From NCBI GenBank assembly GCA_022794095.1, contig JAAWEC010000063.1, forward strand, positions 1-36,674: a stretch of DNA of 36,674 bases, in the 5' to 3' direction. Positions within the stretch are counted from its first letter, which is position 1. Each line of letters begins with the position of its first letter. A program made the position numbers and the translations under genes. Below are positions 19,149 to 29,551 of the stretch, piece after piece. The notes beneath the pieces are model-generated. The model was not told the DNA's origin. It worked only from the letters and a program-made list of their open reading frames with translations, and searched no databases. The stretch is from Clostridia bacterium (GTDB lineage Bacteria > Bacillota > Clostridia > TANB77 > CAG-508).

Positions 19149-21008
19149 TTATCTAGTATAATTTACTCTTAATACTCTTAAAGCATTTATAATAGCAATA
19201 CATGATACTCCCACATCAGCAAATACAGCTTCCCACATAGTTGATATGCCAAATGCACTTAAAATCAAAACAAGTGTCTTTACAAAGATAGCAAATACTA
19301 TATTTTCCTTAACAATCCTCATTGTTTTCTTTGATAAATTGATAGCACTTACAATTTTTGATGGTTCATCTGTCATAAGCACGACATCTGCAGCTTCTAT
19401 TGCACTATCTGCTCCTAAAGCTCCCATTGCTATACCTATATCAGAAATTGCTAAAACTGGAGCATCATTTATTCCATCTCCTACAAATACAAGTTTACCC
19501 TTTTCGCTTCTTTCTTTTAATAAACTTTCTACTTTTTCTACCTTACCGTCTGGTAATAGTTCTGTATAAACTTTATCCAATCCTAATTTTTTGCTAACTT
19601 CTTCACCAACATTTTTTCTATCTCCTGTTAGCATTATTATTTGTTTTATATTGTTTTTCTTTAATTTCTGTATTGCTTTTATAGAATCATCTTTTATTTT
19701 ATCTGCAATTACTATATATCCTACATATTTTCCTTCTATTGCAACATACAAAATAGTTCCTATGTCATTGCATTTTTCAAATTTAATCTGCTTTTCATTC
19801 ATCAATTTTTCATTACCAACTAATATATCTTGTTCTCCAATTTTTGCAACAATTCCAAGTCCTGATAATTCCTCAGTTTTTATAATCTGTTTTTCATCAA
19901 TTTCTTTGTTATATGCTTTTTTTACAGATAATGCAATTGGATGATTTGAATAATTTTCACTATATGCTGTAACCTTTAGCAATTCTTCTTCACTTATATT
20001 TATTGCTTTAACTTTTTGTACTTCGAAAACTCCTTGAGTCAATGTCCCTGTTTTATCAAATACAACTATTTCTGTATTTGATAATTGTTCTAAGTAATTA
20101 CTTCCTTTTATTAAAATGCCCATTTTAGATGCTCCACCTATTCCACCAAAAAAACTTAATGGTATTGAAATAACTAATGCACAAGGACAAGATACTACTA
20201 GAAATGATAATGCTCTATATAACCAATCTGAAAATGTTGCATCTTTTACAATAAGTGGTGGTAATATTGCAAGAATTACTGCAATAACAACTACTATTGG
20301 TGTATAGTATCTAGCAAATTTTGTAATAAAATGTTCTGATTTTGACTTTTTACTACTTGCATTTTCAACTAAATCTAATATTTTACTTACTGTTGACTCT
20401 CCATATTCTTTTGTTACTTCTACTTTTATAACACCATTTAGATTTATACAGCCACTCAATACTTCTTCTCCCTCTGTTAGTTCTCGTGGTAGAGATTCTC
20501 CTGTTAATGCCTTTGTATCAAGACTTGACTGTCCCTCTATTACATAACCATCTAATGGAACTTTTTCCCCAGGTTTAATAATAATTATTTCACCTATTTT
20601 TATATCATCTGGAGCAACTTTTTCTAGTTTTCCATTTCTTTCTACATTCGCAAAATCTGGTCTTATATCCATTAAACTTGAAATTGATTTTCTTGATTTA
20701 TCTACTGCATAACTTTGGAATAATTCTCCTATTTGATAAAATAACATAACTGCTACTGCTTCTGGAAATTCTCCAATTACAAATGCTCCAATTGTTGCAA
20801 TTGACATCAAGAAATTTTCATCAAAGATTTTTCCTCTCCTAATATTTCTCATTGCTTTTCTTACAATTTCTAATCCAACAATGATATAAGAAATGATATA
20901 TATTGCATTATTTATCCATTCATTATTAAAATTAATTATAAGTGCAATAAAAAATAATACAAGAGCTATTATAATTTTAATTCTCTTTTTCTTCATATAG
21001 CCAGCCAC
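19149..21008 (-). CDS. cadA: P1B-type Cd/Zn/Pb-translocating ATPase
   Basis: TGES, SCPC, DKTGTLT, HP, GDGINDAP. Confidence 0.93.
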   Translation of the reverse strand: MAGYMKKKRIKIIIALVLFFIALIINFNNEWINNAIYIISYIIVGLEIVRKAMRNIRRGKIFDENFLMSIATIGAFVIGEFPEAVAVMLFYQIGELFQSYAVDKSRKSISSLMDIRPDFANVERNGKLEKVAPDDIKIGEIIIIKPGEKVPLDGYVIEGQSSLDTKALTGESLPRELTEGEEVLSGCINLNGVIKVEVTKEYGESTVSKILDLVENASSKKSKSEHFITKFARYYTPIVVVIAVILAILPPLIVKDATFSDWLYRALSFLVVSCPCALVISIPLSFFGGIGGASKMGILIKGSNYLEQLSNTEIVVFDKTGTLTQGVFEVQKVKAINISEEELLKVTAYSENYSNHPIALSVKKAYNKEIDEKQIIKTEELSGLGIVAKIGEQDILVGNEKLMNEKQIKFEKCNDIGTILYVAIEGKYVGYIVIADKIKDDSIKAIQKLKKNNIKQIIMLTGDRKNVGEEVSKKLGLDKVYTELLPDGKVEKVESLLKERSEKGKLVFVGDGINDAPVLAISDIGIAMGALGADSAIEAADVVLMTDEPSKIVSAINLSKKTMRIVKENIVFAIFVKTLVLILSAFGISTMWEAVFADVGVSCIAIINALRVLRVNYTR

Positions 21009-21230
21009 CTACACTTCTTCTATTGTTACATCTGGTTCTTCTTTTTTTATAGTCTTTTTTACATTTTGCATAATTTCATCTTTTCTTGTTTCATCATATT
21101 CAATTTCCATTTTTTCTGTCATAAAATTTATATTAGCACTTTCTATACCATCTACTTTTTGTATTGCTCTTTCTAGGTCTGCTGCACAATTTGCACAATC
21201 TAATCCTTTTACTTTAAATTTACTTTTCAT
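21009..21230 (-). CDS. Stand-alone heavy-metal-associated (HMA) domain protein
   Basis: GLDCANCA motif. Confidence 0.92.
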   Translation of the reverse strand: MKSKFKVKGLDCANCAADLERAIQKVDGIESANINFMTEKMEIEYDETRKDEIMQNVKKTIKKEEPDVTIEEV

Positions 21231-21249
21231 CTTATTTACCTCCGAATTT

Positions 21250-21612
21250 TTATTTTTTGTGTTCTATATGTTCTATACCTATTTCAAACACTTCTTTTAC
21301 ATGGTCATCATCTAGCATATAAAAAACTTCTTTACCTGATTTTCTACACTTAACAATACTACTTCTTCTCAACGTTCCTAATTGATGTGAAATAGATGAT
21401 TTACTCATTCCTAAAACATTTGCAATATCACATACACACATTTCGTTTTTGTCTAATGCGAACAATATCTTTACCCTAGTAGTATCTCCTAGAATTTTAA
21501 AAAATTCTGCTAGTTTATTAAATGTATCTTCTTCTGGCATACTTTTTTTTGTTTTATCAACAACATCTTGATGTATTACACTACAATCACATATAAATTC
21601 ATTCCTAGACAT
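21250..21612 (-). CDS. ArsR/SmtB metal-responsive repressor (CadC-like)
   Basis: FFKILGDTTRVKIL, EMCVCDIA, SISHQL, LDDDHV. Confidence 0.93.
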   Translation of the reverse strand: MSRNEFICDCSVIHQDVVDKTKKSMPEEDTFNKLAEFFKILGDTTRVKILFALDKNEMCVCDIANVLGMSKSSISHQLGTLRRSSIVKCRKSGKEVFYMLDDDHVKEVFEIGIEHIEHKK

Positions 21613-21647
21613 TTAATTTCCTCCTATCTTATATATTTTACCATGAT

Positions 21648-21705
21648 AGTTGAGTATTTATTCAACTCTGTTCATATTATATGTGAATGTCTACTCAACT
21701 GTCAA
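21648..21705 (-). promoter_or_regulatory. Sigma-A promoter with two ArsR-type operator palindromes
   Basis: TTGACA-N18-TATAAT; AGTTGAGTA..TTCAACT palindrome at 21648-21667 and a related site in the spacer. Confidence 0.75.
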
Positions 21706-21935
21706 TAGTTTTTTTAAAATTTTTAATTTTTCTTTTACCTAAACAAAAGAGACATTTAAAAAGTTCTAATCTTTTAGATTATTCTTCATAATTTGCTTTA
21801 GCAAATTTGTGTAAAAAATTAAAAATCATCGAATTTACACATGTATTTTCAATGATTTTTATTATAATAATATTAAATTAATTTAAACATATATAATTTC
21901 TTGATTTGTATATCAAAATTTTATGAATGTTCTTT

Positions 21936-22340
21936 TTATTTTAACATTTCATTGTAAATTACATATATGTTTGTTTCATCTTTATATTTATTTTCCATTG
22001 GACACATTCCACTTTTGTCATTATTTTGAATATAATCTACCAATTTGCCATAATCATACGTAATGTTATTTTTATCTAATACAGGAATAGCAAATTTACT
22101 AATAACATCTGTATAAATTTCTTTAACACCTGCAACAGTTAAAATACTTCCTGCAACTTTACCAATTACTTTATCTGCAATAATTGCATCTTTTAATGCT
22201 AATGGATTTTCTTTTAAAATTTCTTTTATATCATTTATTCTATTTTTATAATATTCTTTTATTTCTCCATTACTATAAGATACCACTAATGAAGCATTTT
22301 TTTGATGTAATATTTCCTTTATTTCTTCTAATTTAGTCAT
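21936..22340 (-). CDS. DUF1893 (TM1506-like) protein
   Basis: IADKVIGK, ISKFA, I.N.DKSGMCPME. Confidence 0.85.
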   Translation of the reverse strand: MTKLEEIKEILHQKNASLVVSYSNGEIKEYYKNRINDIKEILKENPLALKDAIIADKVIGKVAGSILTVAGVKEIYTDVISKFAIPVLDKNNITYDYGKLVDYIQNNDKSGMCPMENKYKDETNIYVIYNEMLK

Positions 22341-22899
22341 CTAAATTAATTCCTTTCCTGATTACTCTTGCAATTATTGGTACACAAGCTAATTGAATAA
22401 CAATACCTGGTAATCCTGTTATAATACTTTGAATTACAGATATTCCATAAGTAGGTAATTCAAATATATTAATTGCTATAAATAATATTGCTGAATAAAT
22501 AACCCTACCTACAATAATTGTTGCTAGTAAAGATATATAAGAATTGAATTTCTTATTAAATACACTCAATAAAATTGCATAAATAATAAGTTCAATTAGC
22601 ATATATGGTAATCGTTCTATTGTAGGCATACCTGCTGACAAATAACTAAATATTATTGAAGCCCCTCCTACAATTGAGGCACTTGTTGCTCCAAATACTA
22701 ATGCAGCAATTAATACTGCAATATGCATTGGTAAAAATGTTGCCCCACTACTTGTACCTGCTAATACATGAAAAACTCTTGGTAAAGCTATACCTATACC
22801 ACTTAATAAAAGTGTTCCTACTATATATTTTGCTTTTTTATTTGACAATATTTCTCCTAAGCTTTTTTGTTTTTTTATTGTTTCTACTTTTTCAATCAT
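22333..22899 (-). CDS. ECF transporter S component
   Basis: FLPMHIAVL, GMP, GLPGIVIQL; about 6 TM. Confidence 0.8.
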   Translation of the reverse strand: MIEKVETIKKQKSLGEILSNKKAKYIVGTLLLSGIGIALPRVFHVLAGTSSGATFLPMHIAVLIAALVFGATSASIVGGASIIFSYLSAGMPTIERLPYMLIELIIYAILLSVFNKKFNSYISLLATIIVGRVIYSAILFIAINIFELPTYGISVIQSIITGLPGIVIQLACVPIIARVIRKGINLDD

Positions 22900-22938
22900 T
22901 ATAAAATCCTCCTTATTTTTATAAATACTATTGTTATA

Positions 22939-23820
22939 TTAATCAATATTTATTAATTCATATTCCTTTGTTCCAAACCCTAAATCTACTGCAGAATCTA
23001 TTGTATGTGTTCCATTTTTTGAATTAACTCTTTCTAAAAAATGTTCTTTGCCAGGATCATTTGAATTTTTTACTAAATCAATACAAGCTTGGTCTATTGC
23101 AATTGGGTCTAAAGAAGCTAGAATTCCTATATCTTTCATACAAGGATCTTCTGCTATATAGCAACAATCACAGTCAACAGACATATTGCACATAACATTT
23201 ATATATGCAATATTTTCACCAAAATATTTAACAACAGATGAAGCACTGTCTGCCATTGCTTCTAAAAATTGATTTTGGTCAACTTTAAACATGTCTTCTT
23301 CTGTTCCGTTTTCATCTCCAACACAATGAATGTATCTTTTTCCATGACCAGAAGCAACCCCTATAGACAATTGTTTTAATGCTCCACCATATCCTCCCAT
23401 TGGATGCCCTTTGAAATGTGATAATACTAACATAGAGTCATAATTATCAATATTTTTTCCTACATAGTTTTTATTTATTATTTTTCCGTTAGGAATTTCA
23501 AGGATTTTATCGTTCCCCTCAGCATCCATAATATCAACATCAAAGAATTTTGACCAACCATGTTCTTCCATTAATTTTGTATGTTTTTCAGTTGTGTTTC
23601 TAGCACCTTCATAAGCTGTATTACATTCAACTACTGTGCCTTTTACATATTCAATAATTGGTTTCATAAATTCTGGATGAAGATAGTTTTGATTGCCTCT
23701 TTCTCCTGAATGAACTTTTACAGCAATTTTGCCTGGTAATTCCTTATTTAATTTTTTAAATATATTTACTACATTTTGTGGTGTTATTTCTTTTGAAAAA
23801 TAAACTTTAGCTTTTTCCAT
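22939..23820 (-). CDS. DUF362 Fe-S-associated protein
   Basis: AVKVHSGE, SHFKGH..GGALKQL, VDCDC, DPIAIDQA. Confidence 0.88.
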   Translation of the reverse strand: MEKAKVYFSKEITPQNVVNIFKKLNKELPGKIAVKVHSGERGNQNYLHPEFMKPIIEYVKGTVVECNTAYEGARNTTEKHTKLMEEHGWSKFFDVDIMDAEGNDKILEIPNGKIINKNYVGKNIDNYDSMLVLSHFKGHPMGGYGGALKQLSIGVASGHGKRYIHCVGDENGTEEDMFKVDQNQFLEAMADSASSVVKYFGENIAYINVMCNMSVDCDCCYIAEDPCMKDIGILASLDPIAIDQACIDLVKNSNDPGKEHFLERVNSKNGTHTIDSAVDLGFGTKEYELINID

Positions 23821-23868
23821 TTTTATATCATTCCTTTCTTTGTTTTTTATTGTATCATATATAGTTAA

Positions 23869-26401
23869 CTATATGTCAATATTTTCAGTTTTATTGTTAT
23901 TTGAATTTGTATTACTATTTGAACTATTAGTATTTATATTAGAGTTACTAATAATACTGTTGTTATTACTATTAGTATTTGTATTATTTGTTTCAGTTTT
24001 GTTTGTGTTTGTTATATTGTTATTTGTATTATTGTTTGTATTTATGTTTGTATTTGTATTTGTTTTATTATCATTATTAATAATAGTATTATTTATATTA
24101 TTGTTGATATTATTATTTTTTGGTGACTGTTGCTGAACAATTTGTTGTGGGTCTTCTACATCAATATCATGTGTAATTCCTTGTATTGTTTCATTCGATT
24201 TATTTTGTGTAGTATGATTTGTATTTTGTTTTACTTCTGTACCAGAATGTTCATTACATAAATTAGGAATAGTATTCTTTAAAAAATATTCTATATAAGT
24301 ATTAGGACAACCGGTTTGTAGCTCGTTTTCCAGTTTTAGCACATATTGTACAACTTGAAATAGAATTTGGCTTTTCAAACTTTCTACTATTTAAACCTGT
24401 ATGTATTCTTGACATTACATTAGCCCATAATAATCCAGCTGGGTTTTTTTTGTTATATTCAATAGATTCATTTATATCAAATCCATACCAAGTAACAGCT
24501 GTATAGTATGGTGTAAATCCACAAAGCCATCTATCATAATTTTCATCAGTTGTACCTGTTTTGGCTGCAACATCTACTCCGGAAATTTTACAATAAGTTG
24601 CCGTTCCATTGCTACCTATTACTGGTTGAGTTAACATTTCTTTTACAATGTAAGCTACTTCTTTGGATACTACTTTTCGCTTTTCTTGTGATGTTTTTAT
24701 AATTGTTTTACATAATTTATTTTCTATTTTTGAATAAAAAGTTGGTTCTATATATTCTCCGTCATTTGCAATTGTACTATATGCTGCAGCCATTTCTAAT
24801 GGACTAATTCCTTGTTGCAAACCTCCCAAAGATAAAACTAAGGTTTCATCTTTTTCTGTAAGTGTTGTAATTCCCATTTTTTCTAAATATTGAATAGAAT
24901 TTTTTGGCTTTAATTGCTCCATTATTTCTACAAATGGTATATTTTGAGATGATTCAACAGCTCTTCTTACAGTTATTTCTCCTAGTTCATGATTGTAATC
25001 TGTTGGATGGTATCCATCTGCAAAATCTCTTTGAGTATCATCATAAATTGAAGCTGATGTAATTATTTTTTTATCAATTGCAGGTATTAATACTGACAAT
25101 GGCTTTATTGATGAACCTGTTTGACGAATACTTTGTGTTGCTCTGTTTAGTGGTCTTGCTTTTGTTTTTTTCCCTAATCCACCTGTACAACTTACAACAT
25201 AACCTGTTTTGTGGTCTATAATAATCATTGCAGCTTGTGAAAAGTCACCATTGTTATTTTTAGATGGTATTTTGTATTTTGATTTTTCAAATTCTGCTTC
25301 TGTTTTTTCTTGCACTTTAGTGTCTTGTGTACTATATATAGTTAGTCCAGCCATATTAATATAATTTTCAGCAAAACTTTCAGATATGTTATATTTTTTA
25401 CTAATATCTTTTACTATTTCTAGTATCAAAGCATCTGTATGATAAGAATATATTGCTTCTTCAGATTTTATTTCTCCTTTTTTAAAGTTTAGTCCTTTAT
25501 CAATGTTAGCTATTGCATTATTATAGTTTTCTTCGTTAATGTAGTTTAGCTCTAGCATTTTACTAAGAACTGTTTTTGTTCTTTTATTAATTTTTTCAGT
25601 ATTTTCTTTATTTTCAAAAGGATTGTATGAATTAGGAGAATGATTAATTCCTGCTAAGTAAGCACATTCTTCTAAACTTAAACCTTCAACAGATTTATTA
25701 AAATAATATTGACTAGCAGTTTCTATACCATACATATTAGGTCCTACATAAATTAAATTCAAATATTCTTCCAATATTTTATCTTTAGAAAGACATGTTT
25801 CTAACTGCCATGCTTTAAACCACTCATTGACTTTTCTTGTAATACTATCTGTTGTGTCTCCTGTTAAGTTTTTAACTAATTGTTGCGTAATAGTACTTCC
25901 ACCATAAGAGGATTTACCAAAATGTGTTACATAAGATATAATAGCACCACCTGTTCTTTTTATATCAATTCCTCCATGTGAATAAAAGCGTTCATCTTCA
26001 ATAGCAACATATGCATTTTTTAGATTATCGGGAATATTATCAGCTTGCACTATTAGGTTCTTTTTTTCACAACCTAATGTTGCAATTTTATTACCATCTA
26101 TATCAACAACAATAGAATTTTCATTTGCAAACATTTCTTTAGCAAGCATTTTCCAACGATTAGCAGAAATCCCAATGTTTATTCCAGTAACAATAATAAT
26201 TATCAAGAAAGCAACTAATAAGAATCTTTTTAATTTTCTTTTAGAATTTTTCTTTTTCCCTTTTACATTATTACTTTTTTTATTACTTTTTTTCTTGGCT
26301 TCATTTTTTTCTGAAGATTTTTTATTTTTTTGAAAGGCTTTTGGTGTATATTCTTCTTCATCTTGATTTGTTTTGCCCTTCTTTACTTTTTTATGTAGCA
26401 A
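23869..26401 (-). CDS. Class A penicillin-binding protein (PBP1A-like), 843 aa with Asn-rich tail via +1 at CGG 24313
   Basis: EDERFYSH, GSTITQQLVKN, SSIK, SQN, KTGT; ICAKTGKRATN continues as GCPNTYIEYF in the +1 frame. Confidence 0.9.
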
Positions 26402-26539
26402 TTAAAATCACATTCCTTTCTAGCTTCTTTCTTTTAATAACACTTTTTTATTAATACTTTACCTTCATTTTGAATATATTTTTATATTTTTTCTTAAAAA
26501 TATATTCATAGTATAACATAAATAGCATAAAATAAAAAT

Positions 26540-27863
26540 ATGGAAATTGAAAAAATAGAAACCAATTTAAAAAGAAATTTGCGACTTCATTCTTCTAAAA
26601 TAAAACTTGTACCTAATAGTAAAAAAATAGAAAACTTAATTATTAGAGTTGAACCTGATATTACTTTTCAAGAAATATTAGGTTTTGGAGGAGCATTAAC
26701 AGAAAGTGCTTGTTATGTTTTAAGTACTATAAAAAAGGATATTTCAGAAAGAATTTTAGATGAATATTTTTCAAAAGATAAATTAAATTATCAATTTACT
26801 AGAATTTCTATTGGTAGTTGTGACTTCTCCTTAGATAGCTATTCTTATTCTTATGAGAATGATTTATCTGACTTTAATATTGACCGAGACTTAAAATATG
26901 TCATTCCAATTATTAAAGCTGCTCAAAATCGAAATAACAACCTACAAATTATTTCTTCTCCATGGTCACCTCCAAAATTTATGAAAGATAATAATAATTT
27001 GATTATGGGTGGTAAATTATTATCTAAATATAAGAAATTATGGGCTAATTATTTAGTTAAATATGTTCTTAGTTATAAAAGTTATGGTATACCTATTCAA
27101 TATATGACAATTCAAAATGAACCAAATGCTAAACAATTATGGGAATCTTGTTTGTATTCAGCAACAGAAGAAGCAGATTTACTAAAAAACTACCTATTCC
27201 CTATTTTTAAAGAACATAAGTTAAACACTAAATTTCTTATATGGGACCATAATAAAGATGTTATTTTAGAAAGATGTTTAGAAACTTTAATTGATAATAA
27301 TTGCTTAGATTATGCTAGTGGTATTGCTTTTCATTGGTATACTGGTGGGCATTTTGAAAGTCTTAGTAGATTAAATAATTTATTTCCAAAACACCTTTTA
27401 TTTCATACAGAAGGTTGTACTGGTTATTCTCATTTTAATCCACAAGATGAACTTTTTAATTGTGAAATGTATGCTAGTGAAATAATGGAAGATTTTAATC
27501 ATGGTGTAAATGCCTTTATTGACTGGAATATTGTTTTAAATTTTAAACGGTGGTCCAAATCATACTAAAAATTATTGTAATAGTCCTATTATGATGGATA
27601 AGAAAAATATTAATTACATTAAAACACCTACTTTCTATTACATTTCTCATTTTGCCAAATATATTAAACCTGGTAGCAGACGAATTTTTTTCCATAAATT
27701 TTCTGAAAAAATTTCTGTATCTGCCTTTAAAAATCCAGATAAAAGTGTTATTATAATATTGCTAAATAAAACAGATAAAAATGTAGAATATAATTTGTGT
27801 TATAAAGATTTTGTTTTACATGATAACTTAGATAGCCATGCAATTGTAACATTTGTAATATAA
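26540..27863 (+). CDS. GH30 glucosylceramidase-like glycoside hydrolase, 440 aa via +1 at CGG 27548
   Basis: GFGGALT, SPWSPP, QNEP, WDHN, FHWY, TEGC; DWNIVLNFK then GGPNH..NYCNSPI in the +1 frame. Confidence 0.92.
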
Positions 27864-27911
27864 TTATTAATTTATAATACTTGTGATTTTTAATATAGGA
27901 GGTATTTGCAA

Positions 27912-28895
27912 ATGATAAAACCTGATGATAATCCAGAATTTTTAAATTCTTTTTTGGACTATTCTATTACCATTTTAAATAAGTCTTCTAATAGTATCAA
28001 AGAATATAATTATGATTTGACTATGTTTCTAAGGTTTATCAAGATACATTTTCATTTGACAGATGAAACAGATTTAAAAGTTATTTCTATTAATGATATG
28101 ACAATTGATACTATAAAAAAGATTACCTTAAATGATATTCATGCTTTTATTTCATATCTAACACGTGAATATCATAGTAAAGCTACTACTAGAGCTAGAA
28201 AAGTTTCAACAATAAGGATATTTTTTAAGTATTTAACTAGAAATGCTAAATTACTTGATACAAACCCAGCCCAAGATTTGGAAACTCCAAAATTAGATAA
28301 AAGATTACCTAAATACCTTTCTTTAGAAGATAGTAAAAAATTATTAGATATAACTTCTAATGAAGATAACAGGAATTGTGATAGAGACTATGCTATAATT
28401 ACTCTATTCTTAAATTGTGGAATGCGTCTTTCTGAATTGGTTGGTATCAATATCCAAGATATTGATTTTAGTGAGTGTAAATTAAATGTAATAGGAAAAG
28501 GTAATAAGGAGAGAACTATATATTTAAATAAAGCTTGTATGAAAGCAATTGCTAACTATTTAGAAGTTAGACCTAAAGAGGGTGTTAAACATGATAGCAA
28601 ATTTTCTGATAAAGCTCTTTTCTTAAGTGAACGAAAAGTACGAATTAGTAACCGTACAGTAGAAAATATAGTTTCTAATCAACTAAGAGCTGCTGGTCTT
28701 GATACTAAAAAATATTCAGTTCATAAGTTAAGACACACAGCAGCAACTTTGATGTATCAATATGGACAAGTTGATATTAGGGCTCTTCAAGAACTTTTAG
28801 GACATGAAAGTATTGCTACTACTGAAATTTATACACATGTTAGTAATGAACAAGTTCGTAATGCTGTTGAAAGTAACCCTTTAGCTGATGTGTAA
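27912..28895 (+). CDS. Tyrosine recombinase, XerC-like
   Basis: GMRLSEL, GKGNKER, HKLRH, LGH, TEIYTH catalytic residues. Confidence 0.92.
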   Translation: MIKPDDNPEFLNSFLDYSITILNKSSNSIKEYNYDLTMFLRFIKIHFHLTDETDLKVISINDMTIDTIKKITLNDIHAFISYLTREYHSKATTRARKVSTIRIFFKYLTRNAKLLDTNPAQDLETPKLDKRLPKYLSLEDSKKLLDITSNEDNRNCDRDYAIITLFLNCGMRLSELVGINIQDIDFSECKLNVIGKGNKERTIYLNKACMKAIANYLEVRPKEGVKHDSKFSDKALFLSERKVRISNRTVENIVSNQLRAAGLDTKKYSVHKLRHTAATLMYQYGQVDIRALQELLGHESIATTEIYTHVSNEQVRNAVESNPLADV

Positions 28896-28964
28896 GAAAT
28901 TTGAAATTAAACAATATGAGAAGTATGAAAAATTTTACAAATGTCAAAAATTTTATCATGCTTC

Positions 28965-29006
28965 TTTTGTTGTATAGGAAAATCGAAGATTTCCCTATAA
29001 CATCAA
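28965..29006 (+). repeat. 42-bp palindromic element, copy A
   Basis: 39/42 identical to the reverse complement of 29473-29513; internal TATAGGAAAATC/GATTTCCCTATA stem. Confidence 0.85.
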
Positions 29007-29011
29007 TATAT

Positions 29012-29317
29012 TTATATATTATAATATGGTATAACTATTTTTTGACCTATTTCTAATTTTCCATCTTCTATATTATTTATTTTTTTTATTTCATAAACTA
29101 CTTCTCTTATGTCTTTATTTTTATAGTATTCATTTGTATTTGTTTGCTCTTCAGCAACTGACCATAGAGTATCTCCATCTAAAATATAATTTTCTTTATA
29201 AGCTACTTCTGTTTTAGAATAGGTATTTGTCATTCCTAATAAAATAAGAAATATTAAAGCTACTAAAATGATTACACTCCTTATAAATTTAGTTTTGTTT
29301 ACTATTGTTATTTTCAT
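29012..29317 (-). CDS. yneA: YneA-like LysM cell-division inhibitor
   Basis: TM plus LysM (GDTLWSVA...IKKINNI...LEIGQKIVIP); AAGGAG RBS; SOS boxes upstream. Confidence 0.78.
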   Translation of the reverse strand: MKITIVNKTKFIRSVIILVALIFLILLGMTNTYSKTEVAYKENYILDGDTLWSVAEEQTNTNEYYKNKDIREVVYEIKKINNIEDGKLEIGQKIVIPYYNI

Positions 29318-29332
29318 AAAAATCATCTCCTT

Positions 29333-29412
29333 AGAATTTTTGTTCGTTCTTATGAGATGATTATACACGAACATTTTTTCTTTGTCAATACTTTTTTTCA
29401 AAAAAATGTTCG
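29333..29412 (-). promoter_or_regulatory. Consensus sigma-A promoter with LexA (SOS) boxes
   Basis: TTGACA(29388)-N17-TATAAT(29360); CGAAC-N4-GTTCG-like sites at 29333-29346, 29368-29381 and a weak one at 29399-29412. Confidence 0.85.
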
Positions 29413-29472
29413 TTTTTTTGAAGTTGCATTTTATTTAAGAATATTTGCTTTCATAAACATCTATTAAATGCG

Positions 29473-29513
29473 TTGATGTTATAAGGAAATCTCCGATTTT
29501 CTATACAACAAAA
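29473..29513 (-). repeat. 42-bp palindromic element, copy B (inverted)
   Basis: See copy A. Confidence 0.85.
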
Positions 29514-29551
29514 AAACATGTAGGTAACAAAACCTAAACATGTTTTTATTT

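Noticed and set aside
21721-21930. Riboswitch or ncRNA in the long intergenic region
   Set aside because: Only AT-rich terminator-like hairpins; no recognisable motif. No tRNA or rRNA seen anywhere in the window
23840-24136. Hydrophobic plus-strand ORFs (also 35401-35730)
   Set aside because: Antisense shadows of Asn-rich low-complexity coding regions
27906-28895. Recombinase as the integrase of a prophage or ICE
   Set aside because: No phage or conjugation genes; the recombinase-LysM neighbourhood looks chromosomal
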